From Octopus vulgaris (lineage: Eukaryota): a stretch of 64,000 bases of DNA. The stretch's first letter is position 1, and each line of letters opens with the position of its first letter. Shown here in pieces: positions 12,780 to 24,344 of the stretch. The translations under genes and the position numbers were made by a program. The stretch is from NCBI GenBank assembly GCA_951406725.2, contig OX597815.1, positions 10,850,001-10,914,000 on the forward strand. The letters are read 5' to 3'. The notes beneath the pieces were generated by a model. The model was not told where the DNA came from, searched no databases, and worked only from the letters and a program-made list of their open reading frames with translations.

Positions 12780-13063
12780 TTGTTTGTTCCTTCTCGAGCC
12801 ATGCCTGGCTCCTAAGAGCCAGTTTTCCCAGTTTCTTGGCGTATAGGTTCCTCACCTGGATGGGACGTCGGTCCGTCACAGGTGAGCTGCAAGATGCAGG
12901 AGGAAAGAGTGAGAGAAATTGTGGCGAAAGAGTCAGCAGAAGTTCGCTATTACCTTCTGCGTGGAGCTTAGGTGTTTCGCTCATAAACACACACATCATC
13001 CGGTCTGAGATTCAAACCGGCGATCCCTCGATTGTGAGTCCGCTGCTCTAACCACTAGGCCAT
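12780..13063 (-). mobile_element. tRNA-derived SINE family D
   Basis: The reverse strand begins CATGGCCTAGTGGTTAGAGCAGCGGACTC...GGTTTGAATCTC (A and B boxes), followed by a unique body. Confidence 0.65.
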
Positions 13064-13553
13064 GTTTTGGATGGGTTGGTGTCAAAAGAATTAAAGATCT
13101 GGCATGTTTTCACTAGGAGGTATTTAGTTGCTTTCATTTTAAAATATCATTTTGGAAATTGCAGATGTGTTACCAGTACCGGAGGCATGTAAGAGAACCA
13201 TCTGTTCGTGACCGTTGCCAGCGCCGCCCCGACTGGCCTCGTGCCGCTGGCACGTAAAAATCACCATCCGTTCATGGCCGTTTGCCAGCTCTGTCTGGCA
13301 CCTGTGCGGGTGGCACGTAAAAAGCACCCACTACACTCACGGAGTGGTTGGCGATAGGAAGGGCATCCAGCCGTAGAAACACTGCCAGATCTGACTAGGC
13401 CTGAAGAAGTCTTCCGGCTTCACAGACCCCAGTTGAACCGTCCAACCCATGCTAGCATGGAAAATGGATGCTAAACGATGATGATGATGATGATGATTTA
13501 ATAAAAGTTAAAAAGTTAAAATAATATATTTTACCATTGTTTTTATATTTTAG

Positions 13554-13804
13554 CTGATGCTCTCAAACAAGGATTGGTTACTAAGAAAACTCTAATTGAA
13601 AGTGTCAAACCTCTCTTTTACACCCGAATGAAGCTTGGAGAGTTTGATCCTCCATCAATGAATCCTTATTCCAGTTTAAATCTCTCCATCATTCAGAGCC
13701 CGGAACACCGTCGTCTGTCTTTGAAAGCAGCGATGCAAACTTTTGTACTTTTAAAAAATCCACACAACATTTTACCTCTCAGAAGAAACTTCAAAAAAAT
13801 TGCA
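13554..13804 (+). CDS. GH3 gene exon (ADALKQGLV...RMKLGEFDP...FVLLKN..ILPL..KKIA)
   Basis: TAG|CT acceptor, GCA|GTTGAG donor. Contains the conserved LG-FD and VLLKN--LPL motifs; phases 1/0 fit the neighbouring exons. Confidence 0.93.
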
Positions 13805-15139
13805 GTTGAGTACAAAGTGCTTTATATTTTGCATTTTTCTTTATTTTTTTTTAATTGAAAGCATTAAGAAAGAAGCTTAGTTTGAGATGGAGAAGCAGTA
13901 TTCTTAGCTTTTGTGCATGTGTGTATGCGTGTGCATGTATGTGTGTGCTTACATAGGTTTGTTGACAGCTTGTAAAAGAATAGAAAATACTAGGGAATGA
14001 ATTTAGAGGAAGAATGTTTAGCCTGTAAAAAGCTGTCAACATAAGATTATTATATAACATCTTTTGCCTATTTTGTATTGTTTATTCAACACTCTGTCTT
14101 TTGTATTCTGTGTAAGTATATGCATTAAGTCTCCTTGTATTTAGCTGCCTTTCTATGAGATACATATATGTGTATGTGTATCATCATCATCATCATTTGA
14201 CGTCCGCTTTCCATGCTAGCATGGGTTGGACGATTTGACTGAGGGCTGGTGAACTAGATGGCTGCACCAAACTCCAATCTTGATCTGGCAGAGTTTCTAC
14301 AGCTGGATGCCCTTCTTAACGCCAATCACTCTGAGAGTGTAGTGGGTGCTTTTACGTGCCACCGGCATGAGGGCCAGTTTGGTGGTACTGTCAATGGCCA
14401 TGCCAAAATGGTGCTTTTTATGTGCCACCAGCACAGGAGCCAGTCCAGCGGCACTGGTGACGACCTAACTTGAATGTTTCACGTGCCACCAGCACAAGTG
14501 CTTGTAAGGCGACACGGTATATATATATATGTTTATTGCATGCCGGGCGAAATGCGTATCTGTATTTCGTCTGCCGCTACATTCTGAGTTCAAATTCCGC
14601 CGAGGTCAACTTTGCCTTTCATCTTTTCGGGGTCGATAAATTAAGTACCAGTTATGCACTGGAGTCGACGTAATCGACTTAATCCGTTTGTCTCTCCTTG
14701 TTTGTCCTCTCTGTGTTTAGCCCCTTGTGGGCAGTAAAGAAATAGGTATCTATATATGTTTATTTAAGTTTAGTTTCAATAAAGAAAATGCAAAATACAG
14801 TACCTTACAGACCCCCATCCATTCTATTGACATGATCCAGGGATATGCCAGAGTAGAGGATATCCTGCGTCTATATGGGCTTAGAGGCTCAGGAATGTGA
14901 TCAAGCACAAACAAAAAAATCTCCCAAACAGCCAATGCCATTCCCTGCATATCTGGTTTTGTATCTGAGTGACCTTCTCCTAGAGATATGTTTTAGCAAA
15001 AGCTGAGAGATGCCTCACTCCCAGTGATCTTCCAGTATGCTGGGTACCAAACTAGAATTATTGAGGACTTGTGCTATTGCCACATAGTCATGGACCTGTT
15101 CTATGTTCATCCATCCTTTATATACATACATATATATAT

Positions 15140-15345
15140 AAAGTTAATCCAAACAAGAAAACAAAAAGACAACAACGCAAGGATGTGGAACAAATAAAGT
15201 ATTATTGGACGCTCAGGAAAGAAGGGAAGAAGGAGGGTTTAACGTTTCGAGCGGAGCTCTTCGTCGGAAACATAGGAGAAAGAAAGATCCCGAGGTGGGA
15301 GGACAGAGGGAAAAAAAATGCAAGTGGTCTTCACGAGGTCACATA
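15140..15345 (-). mobile_element. Penelope-like short element carrying a minimal hammerhead-like motif
   Basis: ~205-bp element with a second copy at 61603-61806(+). Contains GTTT-CCGACGA-A-GAGC TCC GCTC-GAAA-CGT-T-AAAC. Confidence 0.6.
15237..15271 (-). ncRNA. Minimal type I hammerhead ribozyme-like motif (U4C core)
   Basis: Stem I GTTT/AAAC, core CCGACGA, stem II GAGC/GCTC, GAAA, palindromic ACGT stem III, GUU triplet. Confidence 0.55.
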
Positions 15346-15748
15346 CTGAAAAGGCAGGATATTTGTACATATATATATATATATATAGTGGTTGAGAAGT
15401 TTACTTCCTAGCAATATGGTTTCAGATTTAATTTTACTGTATAGTGTTGCAGCTTATACAAAAGCCTCAGATATTCTGCCTTTAACTCTCACAGAAAATA
15501 TGTCATGAGCAGAATAACTCCCAGAACTTTCCCCAGCTTGGTCTTAATCTGGCTGCTATATTTCATAATATCCTCCATCCCCCCCAGCTAAGTAAATCTC
15601 CCTAGGTAACCGGGAAAGTGTTCGATTGTAAAAAATCTGCCTCAAATAAATTTTCTCCTACCCATGCAAGTATTGAAAAGTGGATGTTAAATGATGATGA
15701 TAATGATTGTATATGTATATGCATATGTAAATATACTATCATTATCAA

Positions 15749-16903
15749 AGGCGGAGAGCTGGCAGAAGCATTAGCTCACCGAGTGTAATGCTTGACGGCG
15801 TTTCGTCTGCCGCTACGTTCTGAGTTCAAATTCCGCCGAGGTCGACTTTGCCTTTCATCCTTTCGGGGTCGATTAAATAAGTACCAGTTATGCGCTGGGG
15901 TCGATGTAATCGACTTAATACCTACGTCTGTCCTTGTTTGTTCTCTCTGTGTTTAGCCCCTTGTGGGTAGTAAAAGAAATAGGTATTTCGTCTGCTGTTA
16001 CGTTCTGAGTTCAAATTCCGCCGAGGTTGATTTTGCCTTTCATCCTTTCGGGGTCGATTAAATAAGTACCAGTTATGCGTTGGGGTCGATGTAATCGACT
16101 TAATACCTACGTCTGTCCTTGTTTGTTCTCTCTGTGTTTAGCCCCTTGTGGGTAGTAAAAGAAGTAGGTATTTCGTCTGCCGTTACGTTCTGAGTTCAAA
16201 TTCCGCCAAGGTCGATTTTGCCTTTCATCCTTTCGGGGTTGATTAAATAAGTACCAGTTGTGCACTGGGGTCGATGTAATCGACGTAATCCGTTTGTCTG
16301 TCCATGTTTGTCCTCTCTGTGTTTTGCCCCTTGTGGGTAGTAAAAGAAGTAGGTATTTCGTCTGCCGTTACGTTCTGAGTTCAAATTCCGCCGAGGTCGA
16401 CTTTGCCTTTCATCCTTTCGGGGTCGAATAAATAAGTACCAGTTATGCGTTGGGGTCGATGTAATCGACTTAATACCTACGTCTGTCCTTGTTTGTTCTC
16501 TCTGTGTTTAGCCCCTTGTGGGTAGTAAAAGAAATAGGTATTTCGTCTGCCGTTACGTTCTGAGTTCAAATTCCGCCGAGGTCGACTTTGCCTTTCATCC
16601 TTTCAGGATTGATTAAATAAGTACCAGTTGCGCACTGGGGTCGATGTAATCGACTTAATCCGTTTGTCTGTCCTTGTTTGTCCCCTCTGTGTTTAGCCCC
16701 TTGTGGGTAGTAAAGAAATAGGTATTTCGTCTGCCGTTACGTTCTGAGTTCAAATTCTGCCAAGGTCGATTTTGCCTTTCATCCTTTCGGAGTTGATTAA
16801 ATAAGTACCAGTTGTGCACTGGGGTCGATGTAATCGACTTAATCCGTTTGTCTGTCCTTGTTTGTCCCCTCTGTGTTTAGCCCCATGTGGGTAGTAAAGA
16901 AAT
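15749..16903 (+). repeat. SINE family B hexamer: one tRNA head plus six tandem ~185-bp bodies
   Basis: Units start near 15800, 15984, 16169, 16354, 16539 and 16723, joined at AAAGAA(A/G)TAGGT|ATTTCGTCTGC. Confidence 0.9.
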
Positions 16904-17206
16904 ATATATATGCATAAGTGTGTGTGTGTGTCTTTTACCTTTGTATATAAGTAAAAACCAGTCCACTTTGATGAAATCCCCCGTTGATATTTGTTCAACA
17001 TTGAGTTACACAGACACTCCTACTGTCTCTGGTACCCGAACTACAATGAACCAGTGATTGTCCCATTTAATAATCTGCAACCAATGACATTATTCACAAG
17101 TGGTAATGTAAAAGAAGTGCTTTTCTCTTTGATAAATATTACATTCTTACATGTCTATAACAGTCCTCTAAATTTGTGCTATGTCTATCATGTATTATGT
17201 TTCCAG

Positions 17207-17429
17207 GTTGTTGGTCCTATGGCTAACAATACGAATCAGCTGTTTGGTGATTATAGTGCAACAATTGATCCAAAATATACAACTACTCCCCTTCAAGGTT
17301 TACAGGCTTTAGCTGAGTCTGTTAACTATGCAGCTGGTTGTAAAGAAAATAAATGCACTTCCTACAATGCTTCTGAAATTGAACATGCAGTCTCATCTTC
17401 AGAACTGGTTATTGTTTGTCTTGGCACTG
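17207..17429 (+). CDS. GH3 gene exon (VVGPMANN...TTPLQGL...VIVCLGT)
   Basis: CAG|GTT acceptor, G|GTAAGT donor. Contains the GH3 C-domain motifs AVVGP-A and TPL-G. Confidence 0.95.
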
Positions 17430-18566
17430 GTAAGTTTTATTTCAGTTTTTTGGCCTCGTTTTCCTTAAAAATAAGTTTTTCACATAATTTATTTATATAG
17501 GCGCAGGAGTGGCTGTGTGGTAAGTAGCTTGCTAACCAACCACACGGTTCCGGGTTCAGTCCCACTGCGTGGCATCTTGGGCAAGTGTCTTCTGCTATAG
17601 CCTCGGGCCGACCAAAGCCTTGTGAGTGGATTTGGTAGACGGAAACTGAAAGAAGCCTGTCGTATATATTTATATATATATATGTATGTGTGTGTGTATA
17701 TGTTTATGTGTCTGTGTTTGTCCCCGCTAACATTGCTTGACAACCGATGCTGGTGTGTTTACGTTCCCGTCACTTAGCGGTTCGGCAAAAGAGACCGATA
17801 GAATAAGTACTGGGCTTACGAAGAATAAGTCCCGGGGTCGATTTGCTCGACTAAAGGCGGTGCTCCAGCATGGCCACAGTTAAATGACTGAAACAAGTAA
17901 AAGAGAGTAAAAAAGAGATATATTTTTTTGCTTGTTGAGCCCGAAAGAAAAGGTAGTGCTCATGACCCTAGTAAGCTTTGAGGTTGGTGAGACAGATCAG
18001 TTATCAGTTATCAGCTGCCGGCATCAGTTGTTAGTTGTCGGAGCACTGCATCCTTCAAAGCTTCCATGCTTCCTGAGATTTGCCAACACTACACCTGATT
18101 TTCTCCCCTCCATACACACGCAAGCATGTATCTGACTCATACACTGTTCACTTTCCAGACATTTGTACATTACTGCATATGCTTTATATACACTTTAGAC
18201 AAGTTGTGGTGCACCTGAGCACTGTATACAATAATTTCATTATTATTATACTGTTAATGTTCTGGTTAAAATGTGGCATGCTGTTACCTGCAAAAGGGAT
18301 ATGGGCAGGGAGGTGTTCAAGAATGATGACATTTTGAGAAGGAAGGACTAGGGGGTTCTGTTTAGTTCAGGGGTTGAATGTTTGGATACCACATGGGAGT
18401 GAAGAGAGGCAGAGGGACAAGTGAGCTGAAAGTTCTTAAGTCAGGGTGATATGAGGTCTGAAGGCTCCGAGGAGTAGAAGCCAGTATGGTAGCACTAGAA
18501 GAAAAAATATATATATATATATATGTATATATATAAAAAGGGGTTTGTATGATTGTGTATAGAGGG

Positions 18567-18967
18567 ATATATATTATTCAAAGAAATTCCATCTCTGTCT
18601 GCTTTTTATGTTTTTTTATATTTTTTATAATATTAATATAGAATATAGAATATATAGTATAAATATATATATATAGTAAAATGAAATAAAGTATTGATTG
18701 TCTTATTGAATAGATGAAATGTTGAATATAAAATGTTAAGGGACTATTATAATTTCTTGCATTAAAGCAGTCTTCAAGGTCCCAAGTTGTGACAGGAGTG
18801 TTTATATTCAACATTTCTTCTATTCAATAAGACAATTAATACTTCATTTCATTTTACTGTATATATATTATTTATACTATATATTCTATATTCTACATTA
18901 ATATTATAAAGAATATAAATAAAACATGAAAAACAGACAGAGTTGGAATTTCTTTGAATGATATATA
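18567..18967. mobile_element. Foldback element / MITE with ~165-bp inverted arms
   Basis: 18567-18732 is the imperfect reverse complement of 18801-18967 (ATTCAAAGAAATTCCA.CTCTGTCTG... / ...CAGACAGAGTTGGAATTTCTTTGAAT), flanked by TA runs. Confidence 0.75.
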
Positions 18968-19786
18968 TATATATATATATATATATATCATCATCATCAT
19001 CATCATCATCGTTTAATGTCCGTTCTCCATGCTAGCATGGGTTGGACGGTTCGACCGGGGATCTGGGAAGCCAGAAGGCTGCACCAGGCTCCAGTCTTAT
19101 ATGAGGATATATATATATATATATATATGAGGAGAGAGAGAGAGAGAGAGAGAGAAGAGGAAGAATAAGATAGTATACCACTGGATTTGAGGCTGGAACA
19201 TATCTGAGTTATTTTATTTCTTCCAAACTGATATTGCTTAAATCCTGGTTTTGCATTTGTTTTCTCTTTTTATTTCTGCTTTGTGATTATCATTCCGTGA
19301 TAACATCGATGAGATTGATTTTTACTAATTTAGACTTTCAGATATTGTTGGAGACGAAAGTCTTATAACTGTTAACCACTCAGCAACAAACTGCAGGTGA
19401 CTCTTATTTTTCAGCTTGGCAGACTGGAACCTTGCACCATGGTTGGTTACAACTGTTATGAAGGCGGCGAGCTAGCAGAAACATTAGCATGCCGGGTGAA
19501 ATGCTTAGCAGTATTTCGTCTGTCGCTACGTTCTGAGTTCAAATTCCGCCAAGGTCAACTTTGCCTTTCGTCCTTTAGGGGTCGATTAAATAAGTACCAT
19601 TATGCACTGGGGTCCATTTGTCTGCCCTTATTTGTCCCTTCTGTGTTTAGCCCCTTGTGGGTTGTAAAGAAATAGGTTACAACTGTTACAGCAGCTTCCA
19701 CTCAACAAATGGTTTTATTGTCAGTAGTACAACACCTGATCCTAATTGCTAATATTTAGTCTCAGAGAATTGGATTTCTGTTTTAG

Positions 19787-19876
19787 GTAAACAAATGGAG
19801 CGAGAAGGATGTGATAGGAAAAACCTTGATCTACCTGGAAAACAGTTGCAGTTGCTTCAAGATGCTGTAAAATTTG
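19787..19876 (+). CDS. GH3 gene exon containing the predicted acid/base Glu
   Basis: TAG|GT acceptor, G|GTAAGT donor. Encodes GKQMEREGCDRKNLDLPGKQLQLLQDAVKF (E-EG-DR---LPG-Q motif). Confidence 0.93.
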
Positions 19877-21123
19877 GTAAGTCTCTACAAGGACCATTTT
19901 CTTTCCAGTTAATATTTTCATCATCATCATCATCGTTTAGCGTCCGTTTTCCATGCTAGCATGGGTTGGACGGTTCAACTGGGGTCTGGGAAGCCAGGGG
20001 CTGCACCAGGCTCCAGTCTGATCTGGCAGAGTTTCTACAGCTGGATGCCCTTCCTAACGCCAACCACTCCGTGAGTGTAGTGGGTGCTTTTTACGTGCCA
20101 CTGGCACAGGTGCCAGAGGAGGCTGGCAAACGGCCACGATCGGATGGTGCTTTTTATGTGCCACCGGCACGGGAACCAGATGAAGCTGGCAACGGTCACG
20201 GTCGGATGGTTCTTTTTACGTGCCACCGGCATGGACGCCAGGCGAGGCAGGCAAACGGCCACAATCAGATGGTGCTTTTTATGTGCCACCGGCACGGGGA
20301 CCAGATGAAGCTGGAAACGGTCACGGTTGGATGGTTCTTTTTATGTGCCACCGGCACAGAGGCCAGGCTAGGCTGGCAAACGGCCACAATCGGATGGTGC
20401 TTTTTATGTGCCACTGGCATGGATGCCAGTCGATTTCTAAATTATATTTTGCCAAGCTTTCATTTGAATGTTTTTCATATCTATCTGCACCACATTACTA
20501 CATCTTTGTCCGATGGCTGTACTTTGTGGCTCCTGATGTCTTCAAACATTTGTAGTAACTTTATTCAGTTATATACAACTGAGGTGCCTTTGGAAAATGA
20601 TGTTGCCAACATTGTATTAAATGTTTTATAAAGTGAGGGATTAGACAAGTTAGATCAGACTGGAGCCTGGCACAGCCTCCTGGCTTCCCAGACCCCTGTC
20701 GAACCGTCCAACCCATGCTAGCATGGAAAATAGACGTTAAACAATGATGAAGATGACTTGTGTTACATATCACTTTTGTTACATTTGTATTGATAATGAC
20801 TGTTAATATCTACCCTTCTCCTCTAGACTATCCTTCAACAATAGTAAGACCTCACAGAACTTTTGAAACATCTGATTTTAAGGAAACTCATGGTGGTCTG
20901 TGTTGGCGAAGATATTTAGTGAAGTTAGAAAATTTGGACAGGTTTGTAATCTATAGGCAGATGAGGATACTTGTATTTTAAATTAATTTCTTCTCTCTTT
21001 AAGAACAGCAGTAGACACATCTTCCCAGAGTATATTAATTTATCCAAATTTGCTTACAGGATAAAGTTAGGCATCTTTTGTACTGGAATTTGAAGACATT
21101 GTGAGTGGCAAATAACAACAATA

Positions 21124-21515
21124 TCTTTATATATAACAGTGAAGTTGTGTGTCTGTCTCCTACGATTTAGATTCCTAACTACTCACACATTTTGCGGTGC
21201 AGTGTAACCAAAACCGGGTATCTTATAGTCGTGATTCATATCGAGCCCGTCTGGGTATTAACGCATGTCTACGATGAGTCTACGATTTAAAAAAAAATTT
21301 ACCATAATTTTTTCCCATTTTTAATGCATTTTTTTGCTATTATATTAGGGAAGTAACTCTCTAAAAATGTATTATTAAATCTCAGAACGTAAAAAGCAGT
21401 AACACCACCCTTTGTGGTTAGCCATATTGAGATGGCTATTATACTTTACATCTCTAAAAATGCTTATATAGTTATTTCCCTTACAAACCCGAGCAACGCC
21501 GGGCGATACTGCTAG
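21124..21515 (+). mobile_element. Non-autonomous Helitron, family 1
   Basis: a|TCTTTATATATAA 5' end; 3' hairpin CCCGAGCAACGCCGGG followed by CGATACTGCTAG|t; inserted between A and T with no TSD. Confidence 0.8.
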
Positions 21516-21640
21516 TAGAATATATTGTAAAATGTATACTTTGGTACCAACTCAATTAATTTTTCTGTAGACTTTAGAATTTGTATAAATTCTTCATAAA
21601 GTAATAAAAAATTTTTTTGTTCTTTTCTGTTTTGCAAAAG

Positions 21641-21852
21641 CCAAATACTCTCAAATTGTGGTGCTGTTATTTAGTGCTGGACCCTTAGATGTTTCTTGGG
21701 CTGATAAAAGTCCCTTTGTATCAGCCATGATTCAATGTTTCTTTCCTGCACAAACCAGTGGCCAAGCCATTTACAACATACTCACTCATAATGGAACAGA
21801 TTCTAATCCAGCAGGACGCCTGTCAATCACTTGGCCTGCGTCCATGAATCAA
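21641..21852 (+). CDS. GH3 gene exon (AKYSQIVVLLFSAGPLDVSWA...FFPAQTSGQAI...NPAGRLSITWP)
   Basis: AAG|CC acceptor, CAA|GTAAGT donor. Contains the conserved NP-GRL--TW motif. Confidence 0.95.
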
Positions 21853-23050
21853 GTAAGTCTATTTTTTTTATCATATCCTCAGTATGACTACAAGCAACAA
21901 CTGAGTTTCTGGTTCAAGTTCTATTACTCCTGTTTTCTTCCGTTGTTCCTTTACCATTTTATATCTCTTTTATTTGCTTATATGGTTTGACTGGCTTCCG
22001 TGTCACCAACCGATTGTGGTCATTGCCAGCGTCCCTTGGCACTGTGCCAGTGGCACATTAAAAGCACCATCCGTATGTGGTCGATGCCAGCGTCGCCTTG
22101 ACTGGCTTCCGTGCCGGTGGCACGTAAAAAGCACCAAGTGATCGTGGATGCTGCCAGCCTCCCCTGGCAGCTGTGCCGGTGGCACGTAAAAAGCACCCAC
22201 TACACTCATGGAGTGGTTGGCGTTAGGAAGGGCATCCAGCTGTAGAAACACTGCCAGATCAGACTGGAGCCTGGTGCAGCCTCCTGGCTTCCCAGATCCC
22301 GGTCGAACCGTCCAACCCATGCTAGCATGGAAAACGGACGTTAAACGATGATGATGATGATGGTTTAGATGTGTTATCATGAACTCTGTTTGTCCTTACC
22401 AAGACTTACTGTCCTCCTAGTCAGTTTCTACAGTTGAATACCCTTCCTTACTCCAACCAATTTACAGAATATACTGGGTGTATTTATCAAGCACTGAGAG
22501 GTTGTCATGTCCTTGCTAAGACTAAAGTATCACGTCTTTAACGAGACTACTGTGTTAAGGAAATCAGGTGGTTTGCTGTGCTTGAGAAGACACATCATCA
22601 TCATCATCATCATCGTCTGTTCTCCGTGCTAGCACGGGTTGGACGGTTTGACCAGGGTCTGGGAAGCCAGGAGGCTGCACCAGGCTCCAGTCTGGTCTGG
22701 CAGTGTTTCTACAGCTGGATGCCCTTCCTAATGCCAACCACTCCGTGAGTGTAATGGGTGCTTTTTACTTGCCACCGGCACAGGGGCCGGATGATGTCAT
22801 TTACATTCTTCTATAAGTAGAGCTTCCACATTGAGGAATATGCTACTTCCCATGTTTGCATTCTATTATGCTTTTTTTCAATTATTTAATTTGAGTATTT
22901 GCTAATTAGAAATTTTAACTTTTTAAAATTAAATGTTATTGAGATTAACTTTTGATTTTCAACCCTCCTGAGTTAATAAAGAAAAAATACCTGTAATACA
23001 CTATAGGTTAATTATTGCAATTAACTACATCTGTGTCTTTTCTGTTTCAG

Positions 23051-23251
23051 GTTCCTCCAATGATTAATTATTCCATGGATGGTAGAACTTATCGTTATTT
23101 TAATGGAGAACCATTATATCCTTTCGGATATGGTCTTTCTTATTCCGAGTTTTCTTACTCCCAGCTAAATGTACCAGGAAAAGTTTCTGTTGGTAATCCT
23201 ATCCATTTATCTGTCACCGTGGGCAACAAAGGACCATTTGATGGGGATGAG
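23051..23251 (+). CDS. GH3 gene exon (GRTYRYF..PLYPFGYGLSY...V.NKGPFDGDE)
   Basis: CAG|GTT acceptor, GAG|GTGAGT donor. Contains the hallmark YPFGYGLSY and the start of the Fn3-like domain. Confidence 0.95.
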
Positions 23252-24344
23252 GTGAGTAAATTGTTATTCTGCAATATTTCATGTGCAACATTAACTTGTA
23301 TGTAAGATTCTCAGTGCAAGGGAGTTGAAGAATAAGATGGTCTTTCGAACTTTAGACCTCACTGAGACAATGACTAGTGACCGAGACCTTTGGAAATATG
23401 CTGTGCGGGAAAAGACCCGGCAGGACAAGTGAGTCCATCCCGTGTCCCTTGCCAGGGATGTAGCCAGCCCACTTATGCATGCCTTTCCTTCCTTGGACAC
23501 ATGAAGGACCTGTTGAGGCAAGCAAAGTCAAAATCGGATTCAAAATTGAACCAATCCTATGACTGGCACCCGGCAGTTGCCCGGGCCGCTGGACTGACTC
23601 CTGTACAGGTGGCAAGTAAAGAAACACCGTTTTGACCCTGTGCTTGAGGAGACCTTTTGAGTCAAGTACACCAACATCAAAAATCAATAGAAACTGCAGT
23701 TGTGATCCCTGTGCCGGTGGCACGTAAGAAGCACCATCCGAACGTGGCTGATGCCAGCGCCGCCTAGACTGGCTTCCGTGCTGGTGGCACATAAAAAGCA
23801 CCATCCGAACGTGGCCGATGCCAGCGCCACCTTGACTGGCTTCCGTTCTGGTGGCACATAAAAAGCACCAATCCGATCGTGGCCGTTGCCAGCCTCGCCT
23901 GGCACCTACGCCGGTGGCACGTAAAAAGCACCCACTACACTCATGGGGTGGTTGGCATTAGGAAGGGCATCCAGCTGTAGAAACACTGCCAGATCAGACT
24001 GGAGCCTGGTGCAGCCTTCTGGCTTCCCAGATCCCCGGTCGAACCGTCCAACCCATGCTAGCATGGAGAACGGACGTTAAACAATGATGATGATGATGAT
24101 GATGATGTAGAGGAAAGAGCTGTACTCTTGACCACTGAAGGTCTCTGAAGACCAGTGAGATTGATGAGACTGATGCCCTTTCTAAATAATTGTGTAGTGA
24201 TAACTGCAGAAAGAATAAAGGCAGAGGGAGAAAAAGAGTTAATACATCAAATACATTATGAGAAAAGGAAGGCAGGTTGAGGTGATGGTATATTTTATGT
24301 CATAGGAAGAGTATACTGTTCAAAAGTACATAGGCTCCCAAGTG

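Noticed and set aside
15800-16903. CRISPR-like array
   Set aside because: Units are near-identical along their whole length with no unique spacers; eukaryotic context with no cas genes.
20085-20430. CRISPR-like palindromic repeat with variable inserts
   Set aside because: The variable parts are short and related, and the array is part of a dispersed RTE 3'UTR.
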